Of a DNA stretch of 29,540 bases, positions 17,298 through 25,049 are shown piece after piece. The translations under genes were made by a program, and so were the position numbers. The DNA lies in IMG/VR virus record IMGVR_UViG_3300044300_001206, positions 1 to 29,540 of that record; one strand, given 5' to 3'. The first letter of the stretch is position 1. The number at the start of each line of letters is the position of its first letter. The notes beneath the pieces are model-generated. The model made no database searches and was not told the DNA's origin. It saw only the letters and a list, made by a program, of their open reading frames with translations. This stretch comes from a virus. Lineage: Duplodnaviria; Caudoviricetes.

Positions 17298-17456
17298 TTA
17301 TTTCTTTTCTTTTGACTTTTGCTCTTTATACTTACGTGCTTTATCTAGAGCTTCTTTACGCTTCTCTTTATCTGATAATTTAGTACCATCATCTTTCTCT
17401 TTATTTTTATTCTTAAAATACTCAACTAATTGAGGAGGCATTTTACCTTTAGCCAT
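17298..17456 (-). CDS. 52-aa Lys-rich protein
   Basis: Not in the track. MAKGKMPPQLVEYFKNKNKEKDDGTKLSDKEKRKEALDKARKYKEQKSKEKK; fills the gap before terL; -10-like CGCTAAAAT at 17484-17492. Confidence 0.7.
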   Translation of the reverse strand: MAKGKMPPQLVEYFKNKNKEKDDGTKLSDKEKRKEALDKARKYKEQKSKEKK

Positions 17457-17513
17457 ATCCCTATTTAAATTCTGAATAAATATATTTTAGCGTAGCTACT
17501 TTTCTATTATTAG

Positions 17514-18389
17514 TTACTTTCTTCCTCTAAGTTCTTTTAGCTTACTTAAGAAATTTTTGAATCTAGAAGAATCAACGCCTTTTGGAAGTTTAGATTCTGA
17601 GTAACCTACTTTAGGTGTATTAGACGTATCAGAAGAGGGGCCTCGACCTCGTTGCCAAGCAGATCCTTCTGGTGGTCTAAAACCTCCGTTTGAAGCAGTC
17701 CACGTTTCTCCTGTTTCAGGGTTATACCAATCCACCAAAGCCATGGTAGATATTCCTCCAGAATGAGTAAAGCCATGGGGATTTACCAGCTTTGCCATCT
17801 GCTCTGGAGTTAAGTTCTTATAATCTATCTCAGGTTTTTTCCCTTCAACTGGTGGTTTATTTGGAAAACGCCCTTCTTTAGGTGGCCATCTACGAACTGG
17901 TTTGTCTCTAGGTGGTCTACCTCCTCTTAACCAATCTGGTTTTCTAGGTCCCTCTCTCTCTGGAAGGTCTATACGTCCAAAACCAGGACGACGATCAGGA
18001 CGACGATCAGGACGACGATCAGGACGACGATTAGATCTTCTTTCAGCCTCTCGTCTATCTCGTTCTCTTCTTCTGTCCATTTCCATTTCCTTTCTTTGTC
18101 TATATTTATCACGTTCTACTCTTCCTGACTCCATAGCAACTCTCCAAGAATTAGGTCCTGAACCACCTCCTCTAAATATGGGTGGGGTATCTCGATCTAC
18201 TCTTTCTCTACTACCTCCCTTGTAGATACCTCGATCTTTTGCTATCTCTGAAGCACCTTTAAATATTGTAGATATAGTAGATCCACCATCACCAAAAGGT
18301 TTAGGACCTGGTTGTTGATTTCCTTGATCAGGAAAACCAGGAAGTCCTACTTCTTTATTTCCTTTAAATGTAGCTTTAGAGCCGCCCAT
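17514..18389 (-). CDS. Arg/Gly/Pro-rich disordered basic protein
   Basis: 291 aa, RBS GAGGA, begins MGGSK, contains RRPD repeats. Confidence 0.7.
   Translation of the reverse strand: MGGSKATFKGNKEVGLPGFPDQGNQQPGPKPFGDGGSTISTIFKGASEIAKDRGIYKGGSRERVDRDTPPIFRGGGSGPNSWRVAMESGRVERDKYRQRKEMEMDRRRERDRREAERRSNRRPDRRPDRRPDRRPGFGRIDLPEREGPRKPDWLRGGRPPRDKPVRRWPPKEGRFPNKPPVEGKKPEIDYKNLTPEQMAKLVNPHGFTHSGGISTMALVDWYNPETGETWTASNGGFRPPEGSAWQRGRGPSSDTSNTPKVGYSESKLPKGVDSSRFKNFLSKLKELRGRK
17984..18031. repeat. Four perfect tandem copies of CAGGACGACGAT
   Basis: Directly visible; encodes NRRPDRRPDRRPDRRP on the minus strand. Confidence 0.95.
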
Positions 18390-18442
18390 TATTTAAATCC
18401 TCTATATAATAATTTAAAAGACTTTCTAGTATTTTAGAATAA

Positions 18443-19060
18443 CTATTCTTCTAATTGCATTCTTGCCCAGACACTCATAGTTGCTTCTTCTAAAGGTATT
18501 TCAATTGGATCATCTTTAAAAATAAACATCAACTCACGTATCGCTCTATCAGCTCCAGCCATTAGTAAACCTTTTCTATCCTTAGTGCTAGTGAACTGTT
18601 CTATCTGTGCAATTGTTCCACGTAATTCTTTTTGCATTTGAGCAATACGAGCAACTCCTGCGTCACGCTTAACTAATCCTGTTTCTACATCTTCTCTTAA
18701 CTTACGTATATCTTCTTGCATCTCATCTATTTCAAATAGAAGTTTCTTTCGATGATCAGGTTTTGTATAAATATCTTTTAACCAAGCATCACATGCAACA
18801 ATACTTCCCTCATAACCAAGGAAACGTGAATATAAATAAATTTCTATTATTGAATAATTTTCTGAAGCAAATGAACAAAATGACTCCTGTGTAGAGGAGT
18901 CTAAATTATCTACCCAAGTATTAAATACATCAATATTTATACGCTGATTGGGACTGTTTACGATCTCTTTCTTCTTCCCTTTCACGGAACTCTTGTTTCT
19001 GGCGATCAGAGGTTCTTTGCTCTGTAGCTCCTTTACCAATGGTTTCTCGTTCTTGGGCAC
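18443..19060 (-). CDS. Putative terminase small subunit (helical/coiled-coil protein)
   Basis: Helical protein shortly upstream of terL; best start is the GTG at 19060, 6 nt after GGAGG (19067-19071). Function from synteny and architecture only. Confidence 0.4.
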   Translation of the reverse strand: MPKNEKPLVKELQSKEPLIARNKSSVKGKKKEIVNSPNQRINIDVFNTWVDNLDSSTQESFCSFASENYSIIEIYLYSRFLGYEGSIVACDAWLKDIYTKPDHRKKLLFEIDEMQEDIRKLREDVETGLVKRDAGVARIAQMQKELRGTIAQIEQFTSTKDRKGLLMAGADRAIRELMFIFKDDPIEIPLEEATMSVWARMQLEE

Positions 19061-19169
19061 CTGCATCCTCCAATTTCTTCTTAGAAAAATCGTAGGCAAC
19101 TCCAGCGGCTTGACGATATTTGTCTATATCAAACCAGTCGTCATCACCATAAGTTTCTTCTACAGCCAT
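18930..19169 (-). CDS. 79-aa charged hypothetical protein
   Basis: Coiled-coil-like; overlaps the next gene. Confidence 0.65.
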   Translation of the reverse strand: MAVEETYGDDDWFDIDKYRQAAGVAYDFSKKKLEDAGAQERETIGKGATEQRTSDRQKQEFREREEERDRKQSQSAYKY

Positions 19170-19193
19170 GATAGTAACCTACGTTAAGAAAAA

Positions 19194-19385
19194 CTAGAAG
19201 TTGCCCATCATTGAAGCAAGACCCTGTGAGAAGATGTCACGACGACCTTCTACAGACTTCTGACGTTGCTGACGCTTTTTAGATGCTTCAAGACGATTTA
19301 ATAATTTTTCAAATCTATTAATATCAAAATCTGAAGAAGTGTCTGTAGTTCCTTGTTCTACATCAGTATTGTATGCTTCAGTCAT
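19194..19385 (-). CDS. 63-aa hypothetical protein
   Basis: ORF with an upstream extended -10. Confidence 0.7.
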   Translation of the reverse strand: MTEAYNTDVEQGTTDTSSDFDINRFEKLLNRLEASKKRQQRQKSVEGRRDIFSQGLASMMGNF

Positions 19386-19411
19386 TTACTTTTAAAAATC
19401 ATATTATAATA

Positions 19412-19420
19412 ATTATAACA
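19412..19420 (-). promoter_or_regulatory. Consensus extended -10 promoter (TGTTATAAT)
   Basis: Perfect TGnTATAAT in the intergenic gap, 26 nt before the ATG at 19385. Confidence 0.65.
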
Positions 19421-19438
19421 ATAGGAATATTTAAATTA

Positions 19439-20590
19439 CTAACTCCAGAATCCACTTAGTGCTCCTGTAATAATATTTGTATCGGATTGGATACGAGCAA
19501 TATCTTTCTGACCTTCAGTTTTAATCTTTGCAGTTTCTTTATCAATATCTCCTTGGAGAGAAGTTAAACCAGCACTGTATAGATATTTTCTAGTATCTCT
19601 GATGTTTTGTGTACCTTCTTCAAGTTCTTTAACTGTTCTTGCTTCTGAGAAGTAATCTGTAAAGTCAGGAGTAGTAATACCAGATTTAGTTTTTAAATCT
19701 TCGCTTACTGTTGGTAATAAAGAAGCATCAAAAGTATACTTACGTTTACCTGTTTTATTACCATCATCATCAACAGTTTGCTTACCAAACATCGTGTCGT
19801 AATAGTTATCTAAGTAGCTTTGATTAAACTTCTTGGTATATTCAGAACCTGATTTAATAGAATCACGAAGACCGGATATACCAGCACCACCATAAGCACG
19901 GTCTTGTAGTCTTTGTAAACCTGTGCTTATTTCATCTTCAGTTGCTGCTCTACCTAACAGATCTTCATATGCAGTTTCAATACCTGTAGTTCTTTGCCTA
20001 CCTAAGATACCTGTATCACCATCACCAGTTCCTCCGTAAGCTTCCCATAGGTTTTTTACATATTGTTGTGGATCTGACCATTCATCCCAATCAGTATCCC
20101 ACTCATATTCAGGAGGAGTATAAGGAGGTTGGAATGTAGTATCTGGATCTTCCTGTGTTGTTACAGTTGTACTTGCAGGTTCATAATCAGGAGATCCTGG
20201 TTGTCCTATAGCTTCAGTAGTAGTTGTAGTAGTTGATGTAACTGTAGGCACATCATCAGGATCAGCTGGATCTGGATAATCAGTTATATCTGTTTGACCT
20301 GGAGTCATTAAATTGTAACGACTAATATAATTTTCTAGTTGACTTGCAGCGTCTTGATAACCAATGACACCTGAAGTCATTTGATTCTGCAAAGTATCAT
20401 AGTAAGACTGTAAACCTCTACCACCAGCCGCTTGACGACCTTCTGTCCTAGCTCTGTCGTAGGAAGTTTGCTTCTCAGCACGATCTGCTAATCGATTTTC
20501 ACGTTCAGTTTGGTACTGCAGATACTTCTCAAACGATTTATCTGGGGGTAATGGCTTAGGAGCCTCAATAACAGTTTTAGAACCACCCAT
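19439..20590 (-). CDS. Putative internal virion/DNA-ejection protein
   Basis: 383 aa; MGGSK...PKPLPP N-terminus, acidic Thr/Pro/Asp insert, YEDLLGRAATEDEI segment, amphipathic C-terminus ITGALSGFWS. Confidence 0.45.
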   Translation of the reverse strand: MGGSKTVIEAPKPLPPDKSFEKYLQYQTERENRLADRAEKQTSYDRARTEGRQAAGGRGLQSYYDTLQNQMTSGVIGYQDAASQLENYISRYNLMTPGQTDITDYPDPADPDDVPTVTSTTTTTTEAIGQPGSPDYEPASTTVTTQEDPDTTFQPPYTPPEYEWDTDWDEWSDPQQYVKNLWEAYGGTGDGDTGILGRQRTTGIETAYEDLLGRAATEDEISTGLQRLQDRAYGGAGISGLRDSIKSGSEYTKKFNQSYLDNYYDTMFGKQTVDDDGNKTGKRKYTFDASLLPTVSEDLKTKSGITTPDFTDYFSEARTVKELEEGTQNIRDTRKYLYSAGLTSLQGDIDKETAKIKTEGQKDIARIQSDTNIITGALSGFWS

Positions 20591-21204
20591 TATCCAAATC
20601 CTCCGGAGATTGGTCCAAACATACCAGCCATTGCAGCTTGGTTTCTTGCTACTTCTTTTCTTATCTCATGCTCTCGTTCTCTACTCTTAGATGCCCTGTA
20701 ATTAGGATCAGTAAGCAATGCAATCTTTTGTTTAGAGTCCCTAAAGTTAGCATCTCTATCTAAATCTCTACCTACTGTTTTATCCCACATCTTAGCTGCT
20801 TTCTGTCTTTGAAAATCTAAGTCTGCACCCCAACCAAATGTAGCATTTCTTGCTGCAGTACTTTGTCCTATATTTCCTTTTCCTACATCTTTATGGGCAC
20901 CAGCAGCTATATTCGCTTGATGCATACCGGCTTGGGCTGTTGTATTGGCCGCATTTTGCATAGCACGGCCTTGCATTATCCCTCCTAAGAGGTTTAAACC
21001 TGCACTTGCAAACATCCATGGTCCCATTCCTTGCATTCCTCCGTATGATGATGGATTTGGTGTGCTTCCACCTGCTCCACCGCTAAAGCCTCCGGCATCT
21101 GTTCCCCAGTCATAAATGAAAGCATCTCGCTTAGCATCCTCATAAGAAGGCATGCCCCATCCTGGCCAGTTAGGATCTGATGGATCTCCAGGGTATCCGT
21201 TCAT
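20590..21204 (-). CDS. Putative DNA pilot/ejection protein
   Basis: ASAGLNLLGGIMQG followed by an Ala/Gln helical run, an architecture like P22 gp7, T7 gp14 or microvirus H. Confidence 0.45.
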   Translation of the reverse strand: MNGYPGDPSDPNWPGWGMPSYEDAKRDAFIYDWGTDAGGFSGGAGGSTPNPSSYGGMQGMGPWMFASAGLNLLGGIMQGRAMQNAANTTAQAGMHQANIAAGAHKDVGKGNIGQSTAARNATFGWGADLDFQRQKAAKMWDKTVGRDLDRDANFRDSKQKIALLTDPNYRASKSREREHEIRKEVARNQAAMAGMFGPISGGFG

Positions 21205-21210
21205 CTTATT

Positions 21211-21705
21211 TTACCCGAAGTACTTTCTGTTAGGAACAGATCCGGGGTCAATGGTTTTGACATTATCCATTAGAGCTATACTCCTTATGAAGTCTTGTGT
21301 TCTCTTGGCTTGTTCTTGTGCTGCTTGTAGTTGTATAGCACCTGGCATTCTAGCTATATCCGCTATCTGTCCTGGTATCTGCATCATCATCTTTGTCTTT
21401 GCTCCTTCTCTTGAATATTTCAAAGCATCTTCAAATCTTTTGGATTCAGCATTTATATCATCTTGATTCATCTCTCTCATAACGCCCATTACGTCTTTTA
21501 GATAGGCATTAGGATCTTTACTAAGATCTCTTTCAGTTTTACTGGTATTTAAAAATGTAGAATATCTATCAAAAATTGTATTCTTACCAGCTTGATCAAG
21601 TATCTGATAATCCGCAGGAGTCATACCTTCTCGAAGTAAAAACCCCTCCCATAGATCTTGATCTTGTACTCCAGCTAAATTTCCTGCTTCTCCTGGTAAT
21701 GGCAT
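21211..21705 (-). CDS. Hypothetical helical protein (possible internal virion protein)
   Basis: 164-aa ORF within the operon. Confidence 0.65.
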   Translation of the reverse strand: MPLPGEAGNLAGVQDQDLWEGFLLREGMTPADYQILDQAGKNTIFDRYSTFLNTSKTERDLSKDPNAYLKDVMGVMREMNQDDINAESKRFEDALKYSREGAKTKMMMQIPGQIADIARMPGAIQLQAAQEQAKRTQDFIRSIALMDNVKTIDPGSVPNRKYFG

Positions 21706-21707
21706 GG

Positions 21708-22571
21708 TTATAAACTCGAGGGATCTAAGATTGCTTTATAGCGAGGATCATACTGAATTTGAGCTCTTCTAGTAGCTCCTCTTTCGCTCATAGCTCTATC
21801 ATACAAGCTCATCATCCCAGTCATCTGAGTGATTTGTTGAGCTAGTTGTCCTTGAGTATTTAACAGTGCTTGCTTAGCTACTAATTCTCTTTGTAAATTT
21901 TTCTCGTAAAAAGGATCTGCTGTTTCTAAGGCTGTTTGTTGTGCTTTCTTAGCAATCTCTATGTCAACAGCGGCTTGTTTTTTCTGTTGATATCTCTTAC
22001 CTATGTAGGGTATATCAGCAAAGATTCCACCAAGACCTCCAGAGCTAGCACCATAAGGTATAGCACCGGCAGCTAATCCAGTTACTCCTGTTGGACCACC
22101 TCTGCCTTGTCCAGGATTTAAAGCCTGTCTTTTAACACTTTGTGCAACACCTACAGCAGTAGCCGGAGCAAGTAATCTTAATGCTCCACCAGCCATTTTT
22201 ACATAAGGATTTGGACTAGCCATCATCCCTGAAGTGAGTCCTGTTGTTAATCTATTTGCTCCTATTGCAAGGCCAAAATCTATAGGTGCAGTAAGAACAG
22301 CACCAAGAGGATCTCCAGCTAATGCTTGATCTACTAATCCTAATGTTGCAGCAGACTTACCAAATCTTCCTCGTCTAGCTACGCCAGTAGGTGTATACCA
22401 CATATTACCTTTAAAACCAGCTCCACCTACATCTGCTGGATCAGTAGAAACATATTTTCTAAAACCAAAGTCAGGAAGCTGCGGACCAGGGCTTTTATCA
22501 CCGATCATCTCGGTAGCCATTGGACTTACTTTTAGCCATTCCCTCCAACTTGTAAAAGGTTTGTCTGCCAT
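21708..22571 (-). CDS. Gly/Ala-rich protein with C-terminal coiled coil (possible ejection protein)
   Basis: 287 aa; hydrophobic Gly/Ala helices followed by a Q/A-rich helix. Confidence 0.6.
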   Translation of the reverse strand: MADKPFTSWREWLKVSPMATEMIGDKSPGPQLPDFGFRKYVSTDPADVGGAGFKGNMWYTPTGVARRGRFGKSAATLGLVDQALAGDPLGAVLTAPIDFGLAIGANRLTTGLTSGMMASPNPYVKMAGGALRLLAPATAVGVAQSVKRQALNPGQGRGGPTGVTGLAAGAIPYGASSGGLGGIFADIPYIGKRYQQKKQAAVDIEIAKKAQQTALETADPFYEKNLQRELVAKQALLNTQGQLAQQITQMTGMMSLYDRAMSERGATRRAQIQYDPRYKAILDPSSL

Positions 22572-22601
22572 TATTTAATACAAGTTCTCTTAATATATTT
22601 A

Positions 22602-22610
22602 ATTTTATCA
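22602..22610 (-). promoter_or_regulatory. Extended -10 promoter candidate (TGATAAAAT)
   Basis: Intergenic, 30 nt before the ATG at 22571. Confidence 0.55.
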
Positions 22611-22619
22611 GGGGTTATA

Positions 22620-23699
22620 CTACTCATACGGACTCATTGGTAATTGTGTGTTTTTTTGAGTTGCTGCTAACGCACGATTGAACAGATTTCCAGCCAAGGC
22701 TCCACCAGTACTTCCTGCTAGACCACCCCCAATTGCTCTAAGGATGGGTGCTTTACCCATAGTTCGTGTTTTGACGGGCTTGCCGCCGAGCCCTGGTAAT
22801 GTTCCCTGTACTGTTGTTGTGACCGAAGGAGCACGTTTTATCGCTTCACGGGCACCTAATACACCTCCTGCTAATCCCGTTACCGATGGCACACTAACTG
22901 GGTAACCTAAAAACCTGGCTTCTGGATTTCCCTGCAGGTTTTCACCTGTGAACTTTACAAGTCCACCTGTTACCTTACCTACTGGATCTGGGTTGTTATA
23001 CAAGAAATTAAGATACTGTCCATAACGCTGCTTAGTTAGCGTAGGTATCTCTTCTTGTGCTGAAGAATACTTAAGTGGTCTACCTGTTCTACCTTGGAAG
23101 AATCTTTGAAAAACTTCTGTTGCTGGGTTAGCAGTTTCGGTAGGATCATCTGATCTTGGTGTGTTCTGTTTAAATCCCTTTGGCCTACCTAGTTGAGCAA
23201 GGTTAGTAGGATTATAAGCACCTGTTGCAGCAACAGCTGGTTGAACAGCTGCTAAACCAATCCAACTTGCTTGATACTTATCTAATTTACCTGTTGGATC
23301 AACTGTTCCTCGTAATAACTCATCAGCTATAGCTAAAGGATGATTCATTCGCCAATAATATTTTCTTGTCTCATCAGAAGTGATATCTCCAGCAAATCTG
23401 GCTGCATATGCACCTGTTGCAGCTAAAGGAGTCTTTTTAAAATCTATACCTTGAGCTTTTAATTGCTGTCTAAACTCAGGATCATAAAATACATTTCTTC
23501 CATAATCTGGTCTATCTACTGCAAGCTGAGCCATAGTCCGGCCACCTGCTTCTAAACCACCTAAAAATCCTGTAGGACGTCTAACATCTTTCTTAACATT
23601 TTGAATATCTTCTCCTAACAATCTCTTCAAAAAGAAGTCACTTTTTTCTTGTTTTCCAACTGCTTGAGGTCTTTGACCTGCTAATTTAGTTTTAGTCAT
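22620..23699 (-). CDS. Protein with C-terminal glycine-zipper hairpin (possible internal virion protein)
   Basis: 359 aa; GLAGGVLGA and AIGGGLAGSTGGALAGNL. Confidence 0.65.
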   Translation of the reverse strand: MTKTKLAGQRPQAVGKQEKSDFFLKRLLGEDIQNVKKDVRRPTGFLGGLEAGGRTMAQLAVDRPDYGRNVFYDPEFRQQLKAQGIDFKKTPLAATGAYAARFAGDITSDETRKYYWRMNHPLAIADELLRGTVDPTGKLDKYQASWIGLAAVQPAVAATGAYNPTNLAQLGRPKGFKQNTPRSDDPTETANPATEVFQRFFQGRTGRPLKYSSAQEEIPTLTKQRYGQYLNFLYNNPDPVGKVTGGLVKFTGENLQGNPEARFLGYPVSVPSVTGLAGGVLGAREAIKRAPSVTTTVQGTLPGLGGKPVKTRTMGKAPILRAIGGGLAGSTGGALAGNLFNRALAATQKNTQLPMSPYE

Positions 23700-24154
23700 C
23701 CGTATTGACCCTCTTGCTGAAGCCTACGTAAGACCTCTGGCGGAAGATCTACACCTGGGTAATAGTATTGACTTGTTAGTTGTGTAGGAACTGAACGATC
23801 TTTATATAAAGCACCTCGAGTTATTAAATCTACTAACGGATAAGAAGCTACTGATGCACCTATATTCACCGCTGTCTCTAAACCTGAAGTTAAAGGCATA
23901 TTTTCCTTAAGAACTTTTGTTCGATCTAATTTGGATACTAATGTTCCAGGTATTGCTGGTTTTATTCCTCTAGCTAAAGCAATTGCTGGTGTATTTAAAG
24001 CAAGATCTCCTAAGCCATAAGCAACTGCACCTAATGGCCCTGCAGTTAAACCACCAAATAATGCATTTAAAACAGATCCTGGTAGAGCAGCTGACATTGA
24101 ACCTGGTAAATTCTGTAAAAATCTTCCGGCTAAATTTGCTTTTGCTTTAGACAT
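23696..24154 (-). CDS. Gly/Ala-rich membrane-like protein
   Basis: Start moved to the ATG at 24154 (MSKAKANLAG), preceded by GGGGGA. Confidence 0.65.
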   Translation of the reverse strand: MSKAKANLAGRFLQNLPGSMSAALPGSVLNALFGGLTAGPLGAVAYGLGDLALNTPAIALARGIKPAIPGTLVSKLDRTKVLKENMPLTSGLETAVNIGASVASYPLVDLITRGALYKDRSVPTQLTSQYYYPGVDLPPEVLRRLQQEGQYG

Positions 24155-24168
24155 ACTCTTTCCCCCTA

Positions 24169-24843
24169 TCAAACTATTTTATCTGGGCTTATCTCAGGAG
24201 AGCCTTCTTCTTTATCTTCTACTGTTTTTTCACCTTCTTTTTCTTCGGCTTTAACTTTTTTTGGCTTGTCTGAGACTGACCCTCCTCCTTCTTCCAATAA
24301 CTGAGCTACTGTCTTATCTCCTTCATTTTCACCTTCAGCTCTCTTCTCTGCTTGACCCATTAGATAGCCTCTAGGATCTGGGTTACGAGCACTAGGCATT
24401 ACATTTCTAACTGAATCAGATGGATTCAATGTTGGACTTAACTCATATAACTCCACCCATCTATGACTAAAGTCTGGTTGATCTTGAGGACGTTGACGTG
24501 TAAAAGGTTTACCCTCAGCAAAGTCATAATCTTGAGCTTTACGAAATCTACCTAAACCTTCAAACAACTCAAAGTTAGGTTCTGGTTGCTCACCGTCTTT
24601 TGTATTTTCTTTAAACCAAGGGCTATTACTAACAAAATTTAATCTAGGGTTTGTAGTCTTCTTACGGGACTGTGCCTTCTTGATTAAATCTTCTGTTTGA
24701 AATCTATCATTATTCCAAGGATATTCTCCAACAGGAGCCTTAGCTCTAAATAGCTCACCAAAATCTAACTGCCTGTTAATTCTCCCTCTTCCATCAAAAG
24801 GATTACGTACATACCTGTTTAAATCTAGACGAGCATCTCTCAT
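24169..24843 (-). CDS. Hypothetical protein with Glu/Lys-rich tail
   Basis: 224 aa, ATGA-coupled. Confidence 0.7.
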   Translation of the reverse strand: MRDARLDLNRYVRNPFDGRGRINRQLDFGELFRAKAPVGEYPWNNDRFQTEDLIKKAQSRKKTTNPRLNFVSNSPWFKENTKDGEQPEPNFELFEGLGRFRKAQDYDFAEGKPFTRQRPQDQPDFSHRWVELYELSPTLNPSDSVRNVMPSARNPDPRGYLMGQAEKRAEGENEGDKTVAQLLEEGGGSVSDKPKKVKAEEKEGEKTVEDKEEGSPEISPDKIV

Positions 24844-25049
24844 GATTTTTTACGTCCTTTTAAACCTACTAATGTTTTACGTAAGCGAGCTTGCTTAACC
24901 GTCTTCTCATCATAGTCGTCAGGATTAGATAAGACATTCTCTTGTAGCTGTGCAGAAGTTATACCCTTCTTTTCAGCTTTGGCAGTGAAAGCTCCCTTAT
25001 GAAGATTAGCTTTCTGTACCCACTTTTTGTCTTTCTTTTCTTTTGTCAT
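24840..25049 (-). CDS. 69-aa basic protein
   Basis: KKWVQKA..HKGAFT...KQARLRKTL, a small basic phage protein pattern; ATGA-coupled on both sides. Confidence 0.7.
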   Translation of the reverse strand: MTKEKKDKKWVQKANLHKGAFTAKAEKKGITSAQLQENVLSNPDDYDEKTVKQARLRKTLVGLKGRKKS

